A stretch of 62,311 nucleotides of DNA, the filler included. It is 4 parts of 4 records of this genome, joined end to end, with 100 filler letters (N's around TTAATTAATTAA, not from the genome) between each part and the next. Parts side by side here need not be neighbours in the genome. Positions count along the whole stretch, not along the records: positions 1 to 12,618 come from DRR378314_444; positions 12,719 to 35,042 come from DRR378314_446; 2 more parts are not named here. One strand, given 5' to 3'. Below are positions 9,808-20,053 of the stretch, one piece after another. The position numbers and the translations under genes were made by a program. The notes beneath the pieces are model-generated. The model had not been told where the DNA came from. It worked only from the letters and a program-made list of their open reading frames with translations, and ran no database searches. The number at the start of each line of letters is the position of its first letter. Within the stretch, counting starts at the first letter, position 1.

Positions 9808-11832
9808 TTATTGACTATGTTTATCAAACCACCATTGGATGTAAGCGACTTTAGTCATTAAATTAGAAGGGCGTTTAGTTATGCCATGTGATGCCCCAGG
9901 AATACGAACCATCGCCGTGTCCACACCTTGTAGTTTTAAAGCTTGGTAGTATTGCTCGGTTTCAGATATTGGCGTACGGTAATCAGCTTCACCTGTTAAT
10001 AGCATGGTTGGTGTTTTAACATTACCCACATAGCTGATAGGTGAGCGCTTCATATAATGCTCAATATGATCCCATGGTTTACCAGGAAACCAATAATCAG
10101 CAAAAAACGGGTAGTAATCAGCAGTTAGTACAAAACTGATCCAATTGATAACAGGTTTTGCCACAACAGCTGCTGCAAAGCGGTCAGTATGACCTACAAC
10201 CCATGCTGTTAATGTACCACCGCCAGAGCCGCCAGTGACAAATAATTGAGACTCATCAATAAATCCTTTTGCAATTAATGTATCTACGCCTGTCATTAAG
10301 TCATCAAAATCATTGCTTGGGTAGTTGTGATGAATTGTTTGTGCAAACTGCTTACCATATGAGTCACTGCCACGGGGGTTCATATAAAGCACCACGCTGC
10401 CCTTAGCAGCAAACAATTGTACTTCTGGACTAAAATGAGGGCCGTAATTGGCCACAGGTCCACCATGGATCTCAAGAATAAGCGGGTACTTTTTGGATTT
10501 ATCAAAACCTGGAGGGTAAGCAACCCAACCTTGAACAGCTAAACCATCATGACTTGATTTAACCCAAATCTCTTCAACCTTAGCGAGATTTTTGTTTGCT
10601 AGCGCATCCTCGTTTAGCTTGGTTAAGTGCTGTGTTTTTCCGCGCTTTAATAAGGCTACATCGGCAGGGCGCTGCGTATTTGCAAGCGTAAATGCCACTT
10701 CTCCATCTTCGTTTACATCAAAATCACCACCAGAGTATGGACGACCAAATGCAACGCTTCCTAAATCTTTCGTTAAAATTTTACGTTTACCGCTGCGTGC
10801 TTGATATGCGAGCAGGGTTTGGCCTTCGCTGTCGTAAGTAAAATAAACACCTTTGGAGTTTGTTGACCATTTTATCTTTTCAACACTACGGTCTAAATCA
10901 GTTGTTAAGTTACGTGTTTCACCTGTCTTTAAGTCGCGAATATATAAACGGGTATTTTCATAATTTGTTTTTTTATCATCATAACCGGTATAGGCTAAAT
11001 AACGACCATTAGGCGATAACTGCGGTTGACTATCTGGCCCAACTCTGTCTGTTAACTGGGTTATCTCAGAAGAGCGAAGATCAAGTTTATACAGCTCAGA
11101 ATTTGTTGGTTTTAATAAGTAATCAGTATGACGATTAGCTGAAAAATAAAGGCTTGTACCATCAATACTGAAACTCAATGCGCCGCCGTGGTCAAAGTTC
11201 CCTGTAGTTAACTGGTTAGCATTCCCTCCAGTGGCGCTAATTTCAAACAGATGGCGGAAACCTTTTTGAGTGTAACCGCCGCCATCAGCTCGGTAATACA
11301 CGTCATCAATATATTTTGCTGGCTCGGCCCAATTCGCTCCCTTTGGTTTACCGGGCAAAGACACGGGGCTTGCACTGGCAGTAGGTACAAACTGACTAAA
11401 TACTAGCTTTTGACCATTTGGCGACCACGTTAAATTTCCTGGGCTCTGAGTTAAATTACTTATTTTTGCAACCGCACCGGTATCTAACCATTTTATATAA
11501 ATTTGGCTACTGCCATCACGCGTTGAAATAAATGCTAAGCGCGATTCATCTGGCGATAACACAGGTGAATAATCCATATGCACACCAGAAGTAAGCGGTC
11601 GGAGTTGTTTTGAACTGCTATTAACTGACCAAATATTACTTACTTTACGATCGCTTTTAATATCCATTCTATTACGGACAAAATAAACCACATCGCCATC
11701 AGCGGTCATTTCTATTTGGTTGGCATATTCAAGATCAAATACACTTTCTAATTGTAAGGTATTATCAGATTGAGCCGCGACGCTACAAAAGCTCAACTTA
11801 GCCAGCAGCGCAAGAGGGGAAAGTAATTTCAT
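9808..11832 (-). CDS. S9 family peptidase (acylaminoacyl/dipeptidyl peptidase) with beta-propeller
   Basis: Signal peptide, PD40-like repeats, IHGGP, GGSGGG nucleophile, D and H of the triad. Confidence 0.93.
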   Translation of the reverse strand: MKLLSPLALLAKLSFCSVAAQSDNTLQLESVFDLEYANQIEMTADGDVVYFVRNRMDIKSDRKVSNIWSVNSSSKQLRPLTSGVHMDYSPVLSPDESRLAFISTRDGSSQIYIKWLDTGAVAKISNLTQSPGNLTWSPNGQKLVFSQFVPTASASPVSLPGKPKGANWAEPAKYIDDVYYRADGGGYTQKGFRHLFEISATGGNANQLTTGNFDHGGALSFSIDGTSLYFSANRHTDYLLKPTNSELYKLDLRSSEITQLTDRVGPDSQPQLSPNGRYLAYTGYDDKKTNYENTRLYIRDLKTGETRNLTTDLDRSVEKIKWSTNSKGVYFTYDSEGQTLLAYQARSGKRKILTKDLGSVAFGRPYSGGDFDVNEDGEVAFTLANTQRPADVALLKRGKTQHLTKLNEDALANKNLAKVEEIWVKSSHDGLAVQGWVAYPPGFDKSKKYPLILEIHGGPVANYGPHFSPEVQLFAAKGSVVLYMNPRGSDSYGKQFAQTIHHNYPSNDFDDLMTGVDTLIAKGFIDESQLFVTGGSGGGTLTAWVVGHTDRFAAAVVAKPVINWISFVLTADYYPFFADYWFPGKPWDHIEHYMKRSPISYVGNVKTPTMLLTGEADYRTPISETEQYYQALKLQGVDTAMVRIPGASHGITKRPSNLMTKVAYIQWWFDKHSQ

Positions 11833-11971
11833 TCTTATTCCTTGTTATTAAACAGACTCTAAAGTTATAAAGTAACAATAGTGAAAAATATACCTTATTG
11901 CGATAAGAAGTGGACAAACGGCTGTGGAACGCATAATTTAATAATGCATATTTAAAAAAAGGAGTCTTTTT

Positions 11972-12352
11972 ATGATTGGTTACACGATGGTGGGCACTAA
12001 TGATTTAGAAAAAGCGGTGGCTTTTTACGATCAACTTTTGGCTCAGTTGGGTGCGCAGCGTTTTTTAGAAAATGACCGATTTGTGGCTTGGAGTAATGGC
12101 TCGGAGCAGCCAGGATTTTCAGTAACGGTTCCGCATAATAACGAAGCTGCTACGCCAGGCAATGGCACTATGATTGCTATAGCTGCTTCAAGCCCAGCCC
12201 AAGTAGATGCCTTTTATGCTAAAGCTATAGAGCTTGGAGCGTCGGATGAAGGCGCGCCTGGACCACGTGAGATGCCAGGGTTTTATGCTGGTTATTTTCG
12301 TGATCTTGATGGCAATAAACTCAATGTATTTTGTTTCACACAAACTACTTAA
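11972..12352 (+). CDS. VOC/glyoxalase family protein
   Basis: GTNDLEKAVAFYD...YFRDLDGNKL; AAGGAG RBS. Confidence 0.92.
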   Translation: MIGYTMVGTNDLEKAVAFYDQLLAQLGAQRFLENDRFVAWSNGSEQPGFSVTVPHNNEAATPGNGTMIAIAASSPAQVDAFYAKAIELGASDEGAPGPREMPGFYAGYFRDLDGNKLNVFCFTQTT

Positions 12353-12580
12353 ATTATAAAGTCGCGTGATAAAATGGCAGTCAGCTTATCTTATTACGAT
12401 GCACGAATCAGTCAGCATTGAATTCCCACAGGTTTAAAGCATCGATTTATATTACCCCTCCCTCAGAGTTGATGAAAATGTTTGGCTTATTAAAGGATGA
12501 ACTGGGAATCACAGCCTATTTCATCCATATAGTGCATTTAAATTAAACCGTGAATGGGTGAACAAAGAGTAAAATCTAAA

Positions 12581-12618
12581 TAACCTGAACTTTGGATAAT
12601 AAATCTATCTCCAGCGGC
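12581..12618. repeat. End of a dispersed repeat / MITE-like element at contig end
   Basis: Inverted copy of 1-36, running into the assembly gap. Confidence 0.75.
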
Positions 12619-12718
12619 NNNNNNNNNNNNNNNNNNNNNNNNNNNNNNNNNNNNNNNNNNNNTTAATTAATTAANNNNNNNNNNNNNNNNNNNNNNNNNN
12701 NNNNNNNNNNNNNNNNNN
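12619..12718. other. Artificial contig linker
   Basis: N run with central TTAATTAATTAA (stops in all six frames). Confidence 0.98.
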
Positions 12719-12940
12719 GCCATAGATTCGCCAGCACTATATGATATTGAAGACAATGTAAATGACGATTGGAATTTTGGTGCCGCTGTTATGGCAAGTA
12801 CAGGTTATGAGATTTACAAAAAGAAAAACTTCGCACTTAATGTGCAGTCAAAACTAGTTCTTGGCAGTGTGTCTTTAGATGGAAATGCCGATAGAGATGC
12901 AGTAATCTTTAATGTAGGCTTAGGGTTTAGCTGGTTATAA
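12719..12940 (+). CDS. Partial CDS (3' end), probable outer-membrane beta-barrel protein
   Basis: Open frame from contig edge: ...STGYEIY...IFNVGLGFSWL*. Confidence 0.65.
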   Translation, partial: AIDSPALYDIEDNVNDDWNFGAAVMASTGYEIYKKKNFALNVQSKLVLGSVSLDGNADRDAVIFNVGLGFSWL

Positions 12941-12980
12941 GGTTGAATTAACAAATTCACTTAAATCTAAAATTATTATC

Positions 12981-13550
12981 ATGAAAAAAACTTTAATTAC
13001 CTTGACTTTGTGCGGACTAACATTAATCGCCAAAGCTCAAAACACAAGTGTAGAAAAATCAACATTCGGATTACAAACTGGAGTTCTAGGAATCTGGGCA
13101 TATAATGAAGCGAAACTATCAAATACCGTAGCACTGAGAACAGAGCTCGGTTTTGATTTTGGTATTTGGGAATCTACGTTTTACGATGATTATGATTCTC
13201 CATTTCTACTCGCACCTGTAATAGTTGTGGAGCCAAGATTCTATTACAATCTCAAAAAACGCTCTGAGAACTCAAAACCAATTGATGGAAATAGCGGCAA
13301 TTTTATTGCTTTAAAAATGGGTTATCATCCAGATTGGTTTGTCTTGTTCAATACAGACAATGCCCCTATTGTAAGTGATTTTTCCATTATACCCACTTGG
13401 GGAATTAGGCGACATATAGGAAAACATTTTGATTTTGAAGCAGGTCTTGGCGCAGGATTTAGTTACACATTTGCTAAACGCGCTGGTTATTTAAAGAACA
13501 AAAGTGAAATGGAATTAAATATGCACTTGCGAATAGGGTATAGGTTCTAG
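12981..13550 (+). CDS. Outer-membrane beta-barrel protein, hypothetical
   Basis: Signal peptide ending AQ; amphipathic strands; C-terminal IGYRF. Confidence 0.75.
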   Translation: MKKTLITLTLCGLTLIAKAQNTSVEKSTFGLQTGVLGIWAYNEAKLSNTVALRTELGFDFGIWESTFYDDYDSPFLLAPVIVVEPRFYYNLKKRSENSKPIDGNSGNFIALKMGYHPDWFVLFNTDNAPIVSDFSIIPTWGIRRHIGKHFDFEAGLGAGFSYTFAKRAGYLKNKSEMELNMHLRIGYRF

Positions 13551-13578
13551 CAAAAACAATAATAATTTGAATATCAAA

Positions 13579-14484
13579 ATGGAAAAGACCTTCATAACAC
13601 TACTTATCACCGGAATACTTTCTTTGCAATCTTGTGATGTAAAAAAACAACAAACTAAAGATAATAATATGCCAACCATTAAAAACCCATATCTGGGTCA
13701 AAAACCACCAGGATTAAGGCCTTTACCATTTGCTCCAGGTCTTGTATCTACAGATTTGTATGAAGTCAATAGTGCATTCACCCCAGATATGAAAGCGTTT
13801 TATTTTATTAGAAGAGGAGAAGAACATAAAAAATCAGCTTTTTACGAATACAAATACAATGCAACAAATGAGAAATGGGAAAAATCAGAAATAGCATCTC
13901 CATGGATAGGAAGACCTGTAATATCGCCAGACGGACAAACCATGCATTTAGGTGACAGGTATCTAAAAAGAACGGAATCTGGATGGTCAGAATTACAAAA
14001 ACTAGAACCTCCTACCGTAAGTAATGATTCTATGTATATTATGCGCCTTTCATCTTCTGCTAATGGTACGTATTATTTTGACACTTATAAAGAAAACGAT
14101 CCAACGTTTCCAATTCGCTATTCGCGTTTAATAGATGGAAAGCATGAGGAACCTAGAGCTTTGCCTAAAGAAATAAACACTGGTACTTTTTTAAGCCATC
14201 CTTTTATAGCACCAGACGAATCGTATTTATTATTTGATGCTAAAAGGGAAAATGGTTTCGGAGACTCTGATATTTACATCAGTTTTAAACAAAAAGATGG
14301 TACTTGGGGTGAAGGCATTAATTTGGGAGATAAAATAAACACCAACGCCTGGGAAGCTTCAGCAAGTATAACGCCCGACGGTAAATACCTTTTCTTTAGT
14401 AGAAATGTAGGGTCAGATGATTTTGAAAATGTAGATATTTTTTGGGTAGATGCAAAAGTTATCTATGCTCTTAAAAAGGAATAA
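13579..14484 (+). CDS. PD40/TolB-like beta-propeller lipoprotein
   Basis: Lipobox LQSC; PFAPGLVST, PFIAPDESYLLF, ITPDGKYLFF. Confidence 0.8.
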   Translation: MEKTFITLLITGILSLQSCDVKKQQTKDNNMPTIKNPYLGQKPPGLRPLPFAPGLVSTDLYEVNSAFTPDMKAFYFIRRGEEHKKSAFYEYKYNATNEKWEKSEIASPWIGRPVISPDGQTMHLGDRYLKRTESGWSELQKLEPPTVSNDSMYIMRLSSSANGTYYFDTYKENDPTFPIRYSRLIDGKHEEPRALPKEINTGTFLSHPFIAPDESYLLFDAKRENGFGDSDIYISFKQKDGTWGEGINLGDKINTNAWEASASITPDGKYLFFSRNVGSDDFENVDIFWVDAKVIYALKKE

Positions 14485-14569
14485 TGAAAAGGAAAGGTTT
14501 GTTCCAATTTCAAAATACGAACTTTCCGACCCCACATTTTAATCAACTTTGCTGTGAGCAAGAACAATT

Positions 14570-15502
14570 ATGAAAGCAATAGCATGTCTAAAATATGGGG
14601 AGGTAGAAAACCTGGTGCTAAGTAATGTTGAAAAACCAACACCAAAAGCCAATGAAGTACTTATAAAGATACGTGCTACTTCAGTAACCACAAGTGACGT
14701 TCTTATTCGAAGATTGAATGAACCTATGATTCCCAGATTTATACTCCAACTTATATTTGGTTTTGGACGTCCAAGAAATCCAATATTGGGTATGGTAACA
14801 GCTGGGATTGTTGAGCGTAAAGGGAAAGATGTGACATTGTTTGAAATTGGGGATGAGGTTTTTGCGTATGGTTCTATTTCACCTACCAAACGTCGTTTCG
14901 GTTCTTATGCAGAATATATTTGTTTACCGGAAGATTGGAATCTTACATTAAAACCTGTAAATCTTTGTTTTGAGGAGGCTGCAGCAATACCTTATGGTGG
15001 TTTGCTTGCGTCCCATTTATTAAAAAAGACGAATATAAGCAGGAACGACAAAGTTTTAATTTATGGAGCGTCAGGAAGTATAGGTACAATGGCGATACAA
15101 TTGGCGAAGCATTTGGGTGCTCATGTCACTAGTGTTTGTAGTGGTAGAAACTTCGATTTAGTAAAATCTTTAGGTAGTGATGAGCTGATTGACTACACCT
15201 TAGAAAATGCTGAAACGCAATTGGAAAGGTATAAATATGTGATTGATGCTGTAGGCAATTCGAAATCATCGAAACTAAAAGAAAAGAGCAAAAAAGCATT
15301 AACTTCGAATGGCAAATACATATCCATAGATCATGGGACTCCATTAACTCCAAAAGAAGCCTTTTTTAATTTAAAAACTTTAGCAGAACAAGAGAAGATT
15401 ACCCCTGTTATTGATAGGATTTATCCTTTAGAAAAAATGGCCGAAGCTCATAAATATGTGGAGATGGGGCATAAAAGAGGAAATGTGGTTATCACTATTT
15501 AG
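14570..15502 (+). CDS. NAD(P)-dependent medium-chain dehydrogenase/reductase (quinone oxidoreductase-like)
   Basis: GSYAEY, VLIYGASGSIG, GHKRGNVVI. Confidence 0.92.
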   Translation: MKAIACLKYGEVENLVLSNVEKPTPKANEVLIKIRATSVTTSDVLIRRLNEPMIPRFILQLIFGFGRPRNPILGMVTAGIVERKGKDVTLFEIGDEVFAYGSISPTKRRFGSYAEYICLPEDWNLTLKPVNLCFEEAAAIPYGGLLASHLLKKTNISRNDKVLIYGASGSIGTMAIQLAKHLGAHVTSVCSGRNFDLVKSLGSDELIDYTLENAETQLERYKYVIDAVGNSKSSKLKEKSKKALTSNGKYISIDHGTPLTPKEAFFNLKTLAEQEKITPVIDRIYPLEKMAEAHKYVEMGHKRGNVVITI

Positions 15503-15555
15503 CTGGGCTATAGATTATCTCAATTTACAAATCATTAATAAAAAACGAACGGTAT

Positions 15556-15597
15556 ATGTTTTTCAAATCAAAAGAAGTAAAAGAAAAAATAAAATAA
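15556..15597 (+). pseudogene. 5' remnant of an alpha/beta hydrolase gene
   Basis: MFFKSKEVKEKIK* with AAAAACGAAC leader, paralleling 18238 (MFFKSNEGKSKIL, same leader). Confidence 0.65.
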
Positions 15598-15705
15598 CCA
15601 ATTATTTCTAACTGATATCATACGTTGTGTGCCATTTGAGCAAAACACTAACAATTACCCTATTACATCGTCAGAATTAGTATAAATATTAAAATCAAAT
15701 AATTT

Positions 15706-16389
15706 ATGATTGTAAATACAGAACAAAAACAATTGATTAAAACTGCAAGAATAACTGGCGTATGGTACTTAATGATGGCTATTTCAGGAATTCTGGGATT
15801 TATGGTCTTTCATTCTCAAATATTTGTGTCTGGTAACCCTGAACAAACGCTAACGAATTTAATAGAATTAGAATCTACTGCAAGAATTAGGTTGCTTTTA
15901 GAGTTTGTTATCGTAATATCTCAAGCACTTACCGCAGTTTGGTTTTACAAATTATTCAAAGATGATTATGAATGGGAAGCTTGGACTCTAGGTATTTGGG
16001 GTATGGTGAATGCTTTAGCTATTATGATAAGTGCAATTTCAATCGCCTCTGCTATAGGTGTTGTCAATTCTGATATAAGTGCTACGGAAGATAAAGTTAT
16101 ACTCATTCAGGTTTTTCAAAGTATAATTTCAAATGCTTGGGGTATTGGTGGTCTTTTCTTTGGGCTTTGGCTGTTTCCTATGGGATATATAGTCATCAAA
16201 TCTAAAAGAATGCCCGTCTGGTTGGGAAGAGTTATTGTTTTAGGTGGTATTGGCTATCTAATTAGCACGTTTATCCGCTACGCAGGAATTGATTTTAGCT
16301 TCAATAGATTTCTTACTCTACCTGCAACCATTGGTGAATTTTGGATGATAGGTTATTTACTGATTTTTGGACTAAGACCTCGTAAATGA
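15706..16389 (+). CDS. DUF4386 family membrane protein
   Basis: ARITGVWYL, FFGLWLFPMGY, GEFWMIGYLL; multiple TM helices. Confidence 0.85.
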   Translation: MIVNTEQKQLIKTARITGVWYLMMAISGILGFMVFHSQIFVSGNPEQTLTNLIELESTARIRLLLEFVIVISQALTAVWFYKLFKDDYEWEAWTLGIWGMVNALAIMISAISIASAIGVVNSDISATEDKVILIQVFQSIISNAWGIGGLFFGLWLFPMGYIVIKSKRMPVWLGRVIVLGGIGYLISTFIRYAGIDFSFNRFLTLPATIGEFWMIGYLLIFGLRPRK

Positions 16390-16557
16390 GTAAAAGTAAA
16401 TTAAAACGGCGAAAAAAAATGATTATAAGTAATGGCGCTGTTCTCGGCTACTTCTGTAACTTCTAAAGGTTTTCCTCTAGTTCGTTCCATTTCTAGTAAG
16501 TTGGTTCCTTAAACACGTAACTATCCTTGCACATAAACGTAATTAAAAATTGGACAA

Positions 16558-17991
16558 ATGAAAATAGTAAAACGAATTTTAAAAATTGTCCTCGCTCTCA
16601 TTGGCTTGCTTGTGCTAATAGGAATCATTACACTTTGGATTGATTCATCAGGAACTAATTATCTCGAGATAGATAAGAATGAATCAGTATCCAATAACTC
16701 TTATCTCATTAAGAACGTCAATGTTATCCCAATGGACCAAGACACTGTTTTAGTTGATAAAATGGTGTATATAAAAGAGGGGATTATTGAAAAGATTGCT
16801 GATACTATTGAGGTCGATGGAATTCAAATTTTTGACGGGGAGGATAAGTATCTAACACCTGGACTTATCGATATGCACGTGCATGTGTGGGATAGATATG
16901 AACTCGGACTATACCTATCCAATGGTGTAACAGCAGTTAGAAATCTTTGGGGCATGCCCATGCATTTAAGAATTAAAGAAGATGTAATGGAAGAAAACAT
17001 TTTTTCACCATCGTTTTTTACGACAGGCCCAAAACTAACGGGCTCAGAATTCATTGGTGATGACAATTTAAATCTGACTAATCCGAGTGAAGCTAAAGAC
17101 AAGGTAATTTCATATAAAGACAGAGGTTACGATTTCATTAAAACGTATTATGGATTGGATAAAGAAGTTTTTGATGCTGTGATTGAACAAGCCATAATTT
17201 CTGAAATGGATATCGTGGCTCATCCTTCTCAAAAAGTCCCATTTTCATATCATTTGAATTCACAAATCAAATCCATTGAACATGCTGAAGAAATTGTACA
17301 GCAACCTTTACAGTTTGATTTGGATACCATTAAGCTGCAACCGATAATTGATTCCATTTCGCAATCCAAACACACAAGTTATTGTCCTACAATTACGGTA
17401 TTCAATAATATTTATCAGATGATGATGGATGATTCAATTCTAGATTCAGAATCATTGAAGTATATGAATCCACTCATTAAAATGGATGACAGCAAAAGAC
17501 AATTTGACCGTTGGTTTAATGCCAAGCAAGAAGATCCATCTACAGTTGAGCGGATAAAAAAACAGCATGACTTTCACATGACCATTGTTAAAAGGCTACA
17601 TGAAGCGGGAGTACCTATAATTTGTGGTACTGATGGCGGTATTGGAGTTACCATTCCAGGATTTTCAATTCACAAAGAACTGGACTTTTACAAAGAAGCT
17701 GGCCTTTCCAATTACGAAGTGTTGAAAACAGCTACTGTAAATGCTTCTCAAACACATGCAATGATGAATCAGCTTGGAACTATTGAAAAAGGTAAGATTG
17801 CTAATTTGTTGTTGGTGGATGAAAACCCACTTGTTAAGTTGTCTACCCTTAAAAATCCCACCTATGTTTTTGTGAAGGGCCGAAAATTGAACAGAGCGAC
17901 TTTGGACTCTTTTAATGCAAAGGCCAAAAACCGAAAGAATCTAGTAGCTACTGCGCTTAGGTATTTGGAAAACTTAATCATTGAAAAATAA
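16558..17991 (+). CDS. Amidohydrolase family protein
   Basis: PGLIDMHVH, GTDGG, GTIEKGKIANL; N-terminal membrane anchor. Confidence 0.9.
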   Translation: MKIVKRILKIVLALIGLLVLIGIITLWIDSSGTNYLEIDKNESVSNNSYLIKNVNVIPMDQDTVLVDKMVYIKEGIIEKIADTIEVDGIQIFDGEDKYLTPGLIDMHVHVWDRYELGLYLSNGVTAVRNLWGMPMHLRIKEDVMEENIFSPSFFTTGPKLTGSEFIGDDNLNLTNPSEAKDKVISYKDRGYDFIKTYYGLDKEVFDAVIEQAIISEMDIVAHPSQKVPFSYHLNSQIKSIEHAEEIVQQPLQFDLDTIKLQPIIDSISQSKHTSYCPTITVFNNIYQMMMDDSILDSESLKYMNPLIKMDDSKRQFDRWFNAKQEDPSTVERIKKQHDFHMTIVKRLHEAGVPIICGTDGGIGVTIPGFSIHKELDFYKEAGLSNYEVLKTATVNASQTHAMMNQLGTIEKGKIANLLLVDENPLVKLSTLKNPTYVFVKGRKLNRATLDSFNAKAKNRKNLVATALRYLENLIIEK

Positions 17992-18237
17992 ACTATTGCT
18001 AAAAACATAAATAAAGTCGTAGCTCTTATTTGGTCATCACCCTTTATATTTTCGACTTTACCTAACACTAGAAAAAAAATTAAACAATTAGAAACTACAA
18101 TCCATTATTAATAATAGTTGTATTTGTGATGTTTTTAAATGCTTGAGATTATTTCTTTAGTAACCATAATTCAGCATCATTCGTCTTAGTATTCTAAATA
18201 CATCAATTCCAATCATCAATCAAAAAACGAACAGCAA

Positions 18238-19098
18238 ATGTTTTTTAAATCAAATGAAGGTAAATCAAAAATTTTAAGTCTCTACAATCGAAAACTTAAA
18301 GAACTTAACATTGATTACTCCGAAAAATTAGTGGATACCAAGTATGGTAAAACCAACGTTCTATGTGTTGGTGATACTACCTTACCACCACTTGTATTAA
18401 TACATGGTACGGGAGGCTGTGCACCTCAGATTCTTGAGTCCTTTCCCCATTTAGCATTACAATATAGTGTGTATGCAGTAGATGTACTGGCGCAACCCAA
18501 TAAAAGTGCTGAGAACAGATTGGACATGAAATCTTTGGATTATGGAAAATGGCTTTTAGAGGTCATTATAAAACTAAGATTGAAAGAAGTGACCTTGGTC
18601 GGCTTTTCCTTTGGAGGTTTAATCAGTTTAAAAGCATTGGAGTATAACGAAACGCCTATTAAACAAGTGTTCTTAATTGCACCCGTTTATATTGTAAATG
18701 GCAACCCGATTCTGAACCTATGGAAAATGTTTATTCCATTGAAAAAATTCATCAAAACAAATAATCAGGCTTACATTAAAAAGGTTATGGATGTTCTTTT
18801 TTCTGAATATGATGGTTTTGCATTGGTCTTCATGTCAACGGTATTTCAAAACTGCAATATGGATTTTTCACCGCTACCAATAATGTCTAAAAATTCAGGG
18901 AAAAACATAAAAACACCTATCACAATTTTCGCTGCAGAACATGACATCATGTTTCCGGGCAAAAAGATGATAAAACGTGCTGAGCAACTGTTCCCTTCTT
19001 TAGAAGAAGTTGTTCTATTAAATGGCTCTAAACACGTACCAAGTGCAACAGATTTTACAAAAATAGAAGAATTGATACTGGCTAAAAGCGAAAATTAA
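18238..19098 (+). CDS. Alpha/beta fold hydrolase
   Basis: LVLIHG, GFSFGG nucleophile elbow, C-terminal His. Confidence 0.9.
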   Translation: MFFKSNEGKSKILSLYNRKLKELNIDYSEKLVDTKYGKTNVLCVGDTTLPPLVLIHGTGGCAPQILESFPHLALQYSVYAVDVLAQPNKSAENRLDMKSLDYGKWLLEVIIKLRLKEVTLVGFSFGGLISLKALEYNETPIKQVFLIAPVYIVNGNPILNLWKMFIPLKKFIKTNNQAYIKKVMDVLFSEYDGFALVFMSTVFQNCNMDFSPLPIMSKNSGKNIKTPITIFAAEHDIMFPGKKMIKRAEQLFPSLEEVVLLNGSKHVPSATDFTKIEELILAKSEN

Positions 19099-19099
19099 A

Positions 19100-20053
19100 A
19101 TGAAAACAACAAAAGAAACCGTAAGCTTTTCTGAACCAACTATGATTCCAATAAATGGTATTGAATTAGAAGTTTTTGAAGCAGGTATTGAAAATAGGGG
19201 AAACCCAATTGTATTGTGCCATGGTTTTCCTGAACACGCATTCTCTTGGCGCCATCAAATTCCAGCTTTAGTAAAAGCAGGTTATCATGTGATTATTCCT
19301 AACCAGAGAGGTTATGGTAATTCATCCAGACCGAAAGAGGTATCTGCATATGATATTATAAACCTGACAGATGATTTAGTAGCCTTATTACAGCATTATA
19401 ATTATAACAAAGCAATTTTCACGGGGCATGATTGGGGAGCCAATGTAGTATGGCATCTAGCTCTATTGCACCCAGAACGTGTACATAAAGTGATAAATCT
19501 TGCTTTACCCTATCAAGATCGTGGGGATAGACCTTGGTTAGAGGTGATGGAAGCGTTTTTAGGTGAAGATTTCTATTTTGTACATTTCAACAAACAACCA
19601 GGAGTCGCAGATGAGATTTTGGAAAAAAACACAGAAAACTTCCTACGAAATTTATTTCGTAAGAATGTACCACTTGCACCACCAGAACCAGGGATGTTAA
19701 TGATAAATCTTGCCAAAGCAAAAAAACCGCTTGGTGAAGCTTTAATGAGTGATGCTGAATTAGAAGTTTTTATAGAGTCATTTAAAAAGTCGGGATTTAC
19801 CGGATGTATAAATTGGTACAGAAATCTGGATCGTAATTGGCATTTATTGACAGATTTGAAGCCAAGGATTGAGCATCCAACATTAATGATTTACGGAAAA
19901 CAAGATGTGATTCCAAAATCTAAAACCTTAAAAGACTTTGCACCTAATCTGGAGGTGGTTAGTTTAGATTGCGGTCATCATATTCAACAAGAATTGCCAG
20001 AAGAAACAAATCAAGAGATTTTACAATGGTTAGCAGCTATAAAACGAGATTAA
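19100..20053 (+). CDS. Epoxide hydrolase-like alpha/beta hydrolase
   Basis: HGFPE, RGYGNS, GHDWGA, INWYRN, GHHIQQE. Confidence 0.92.
   Translation: MKTTKETVSFSEPTMIPINGIELEVFEAGIENRGNPIVLCHGFPEHAFSWRHQIPALVKAGYHVIIPNQRGYGNSSRPKEVSAYDIINLTDDLVALLQHYNYNKAIFTGHDWGANVVWHLALLHPERVHKVINLALPYQDRGDRPWLEVMEAFLGEDFYFVHFNKQPGVADEILEKNTENFLRNLFRKNVPLAPPEPGMLMINLAKAKKPLGEALMSDAELEVFIESFKKSGFTGCINWYRNLDRNWHLLTDLKPRIEHPTLMIYGKQDVIPKSKTLKDFAPNLEVVSLDCGHHIQQELPEETNQEILQWLAAIKRD

Noticed and set aside
12353..12580. Possible eroded gene after the VOC gene
   Set aside because: No sustained reading frame or recognisable motif
12663..12674. TTAATTAATTAA palindrome recurring three times as a biological repeat
   Set aside because: Always centred in N runs; it is a contig-joining spacer
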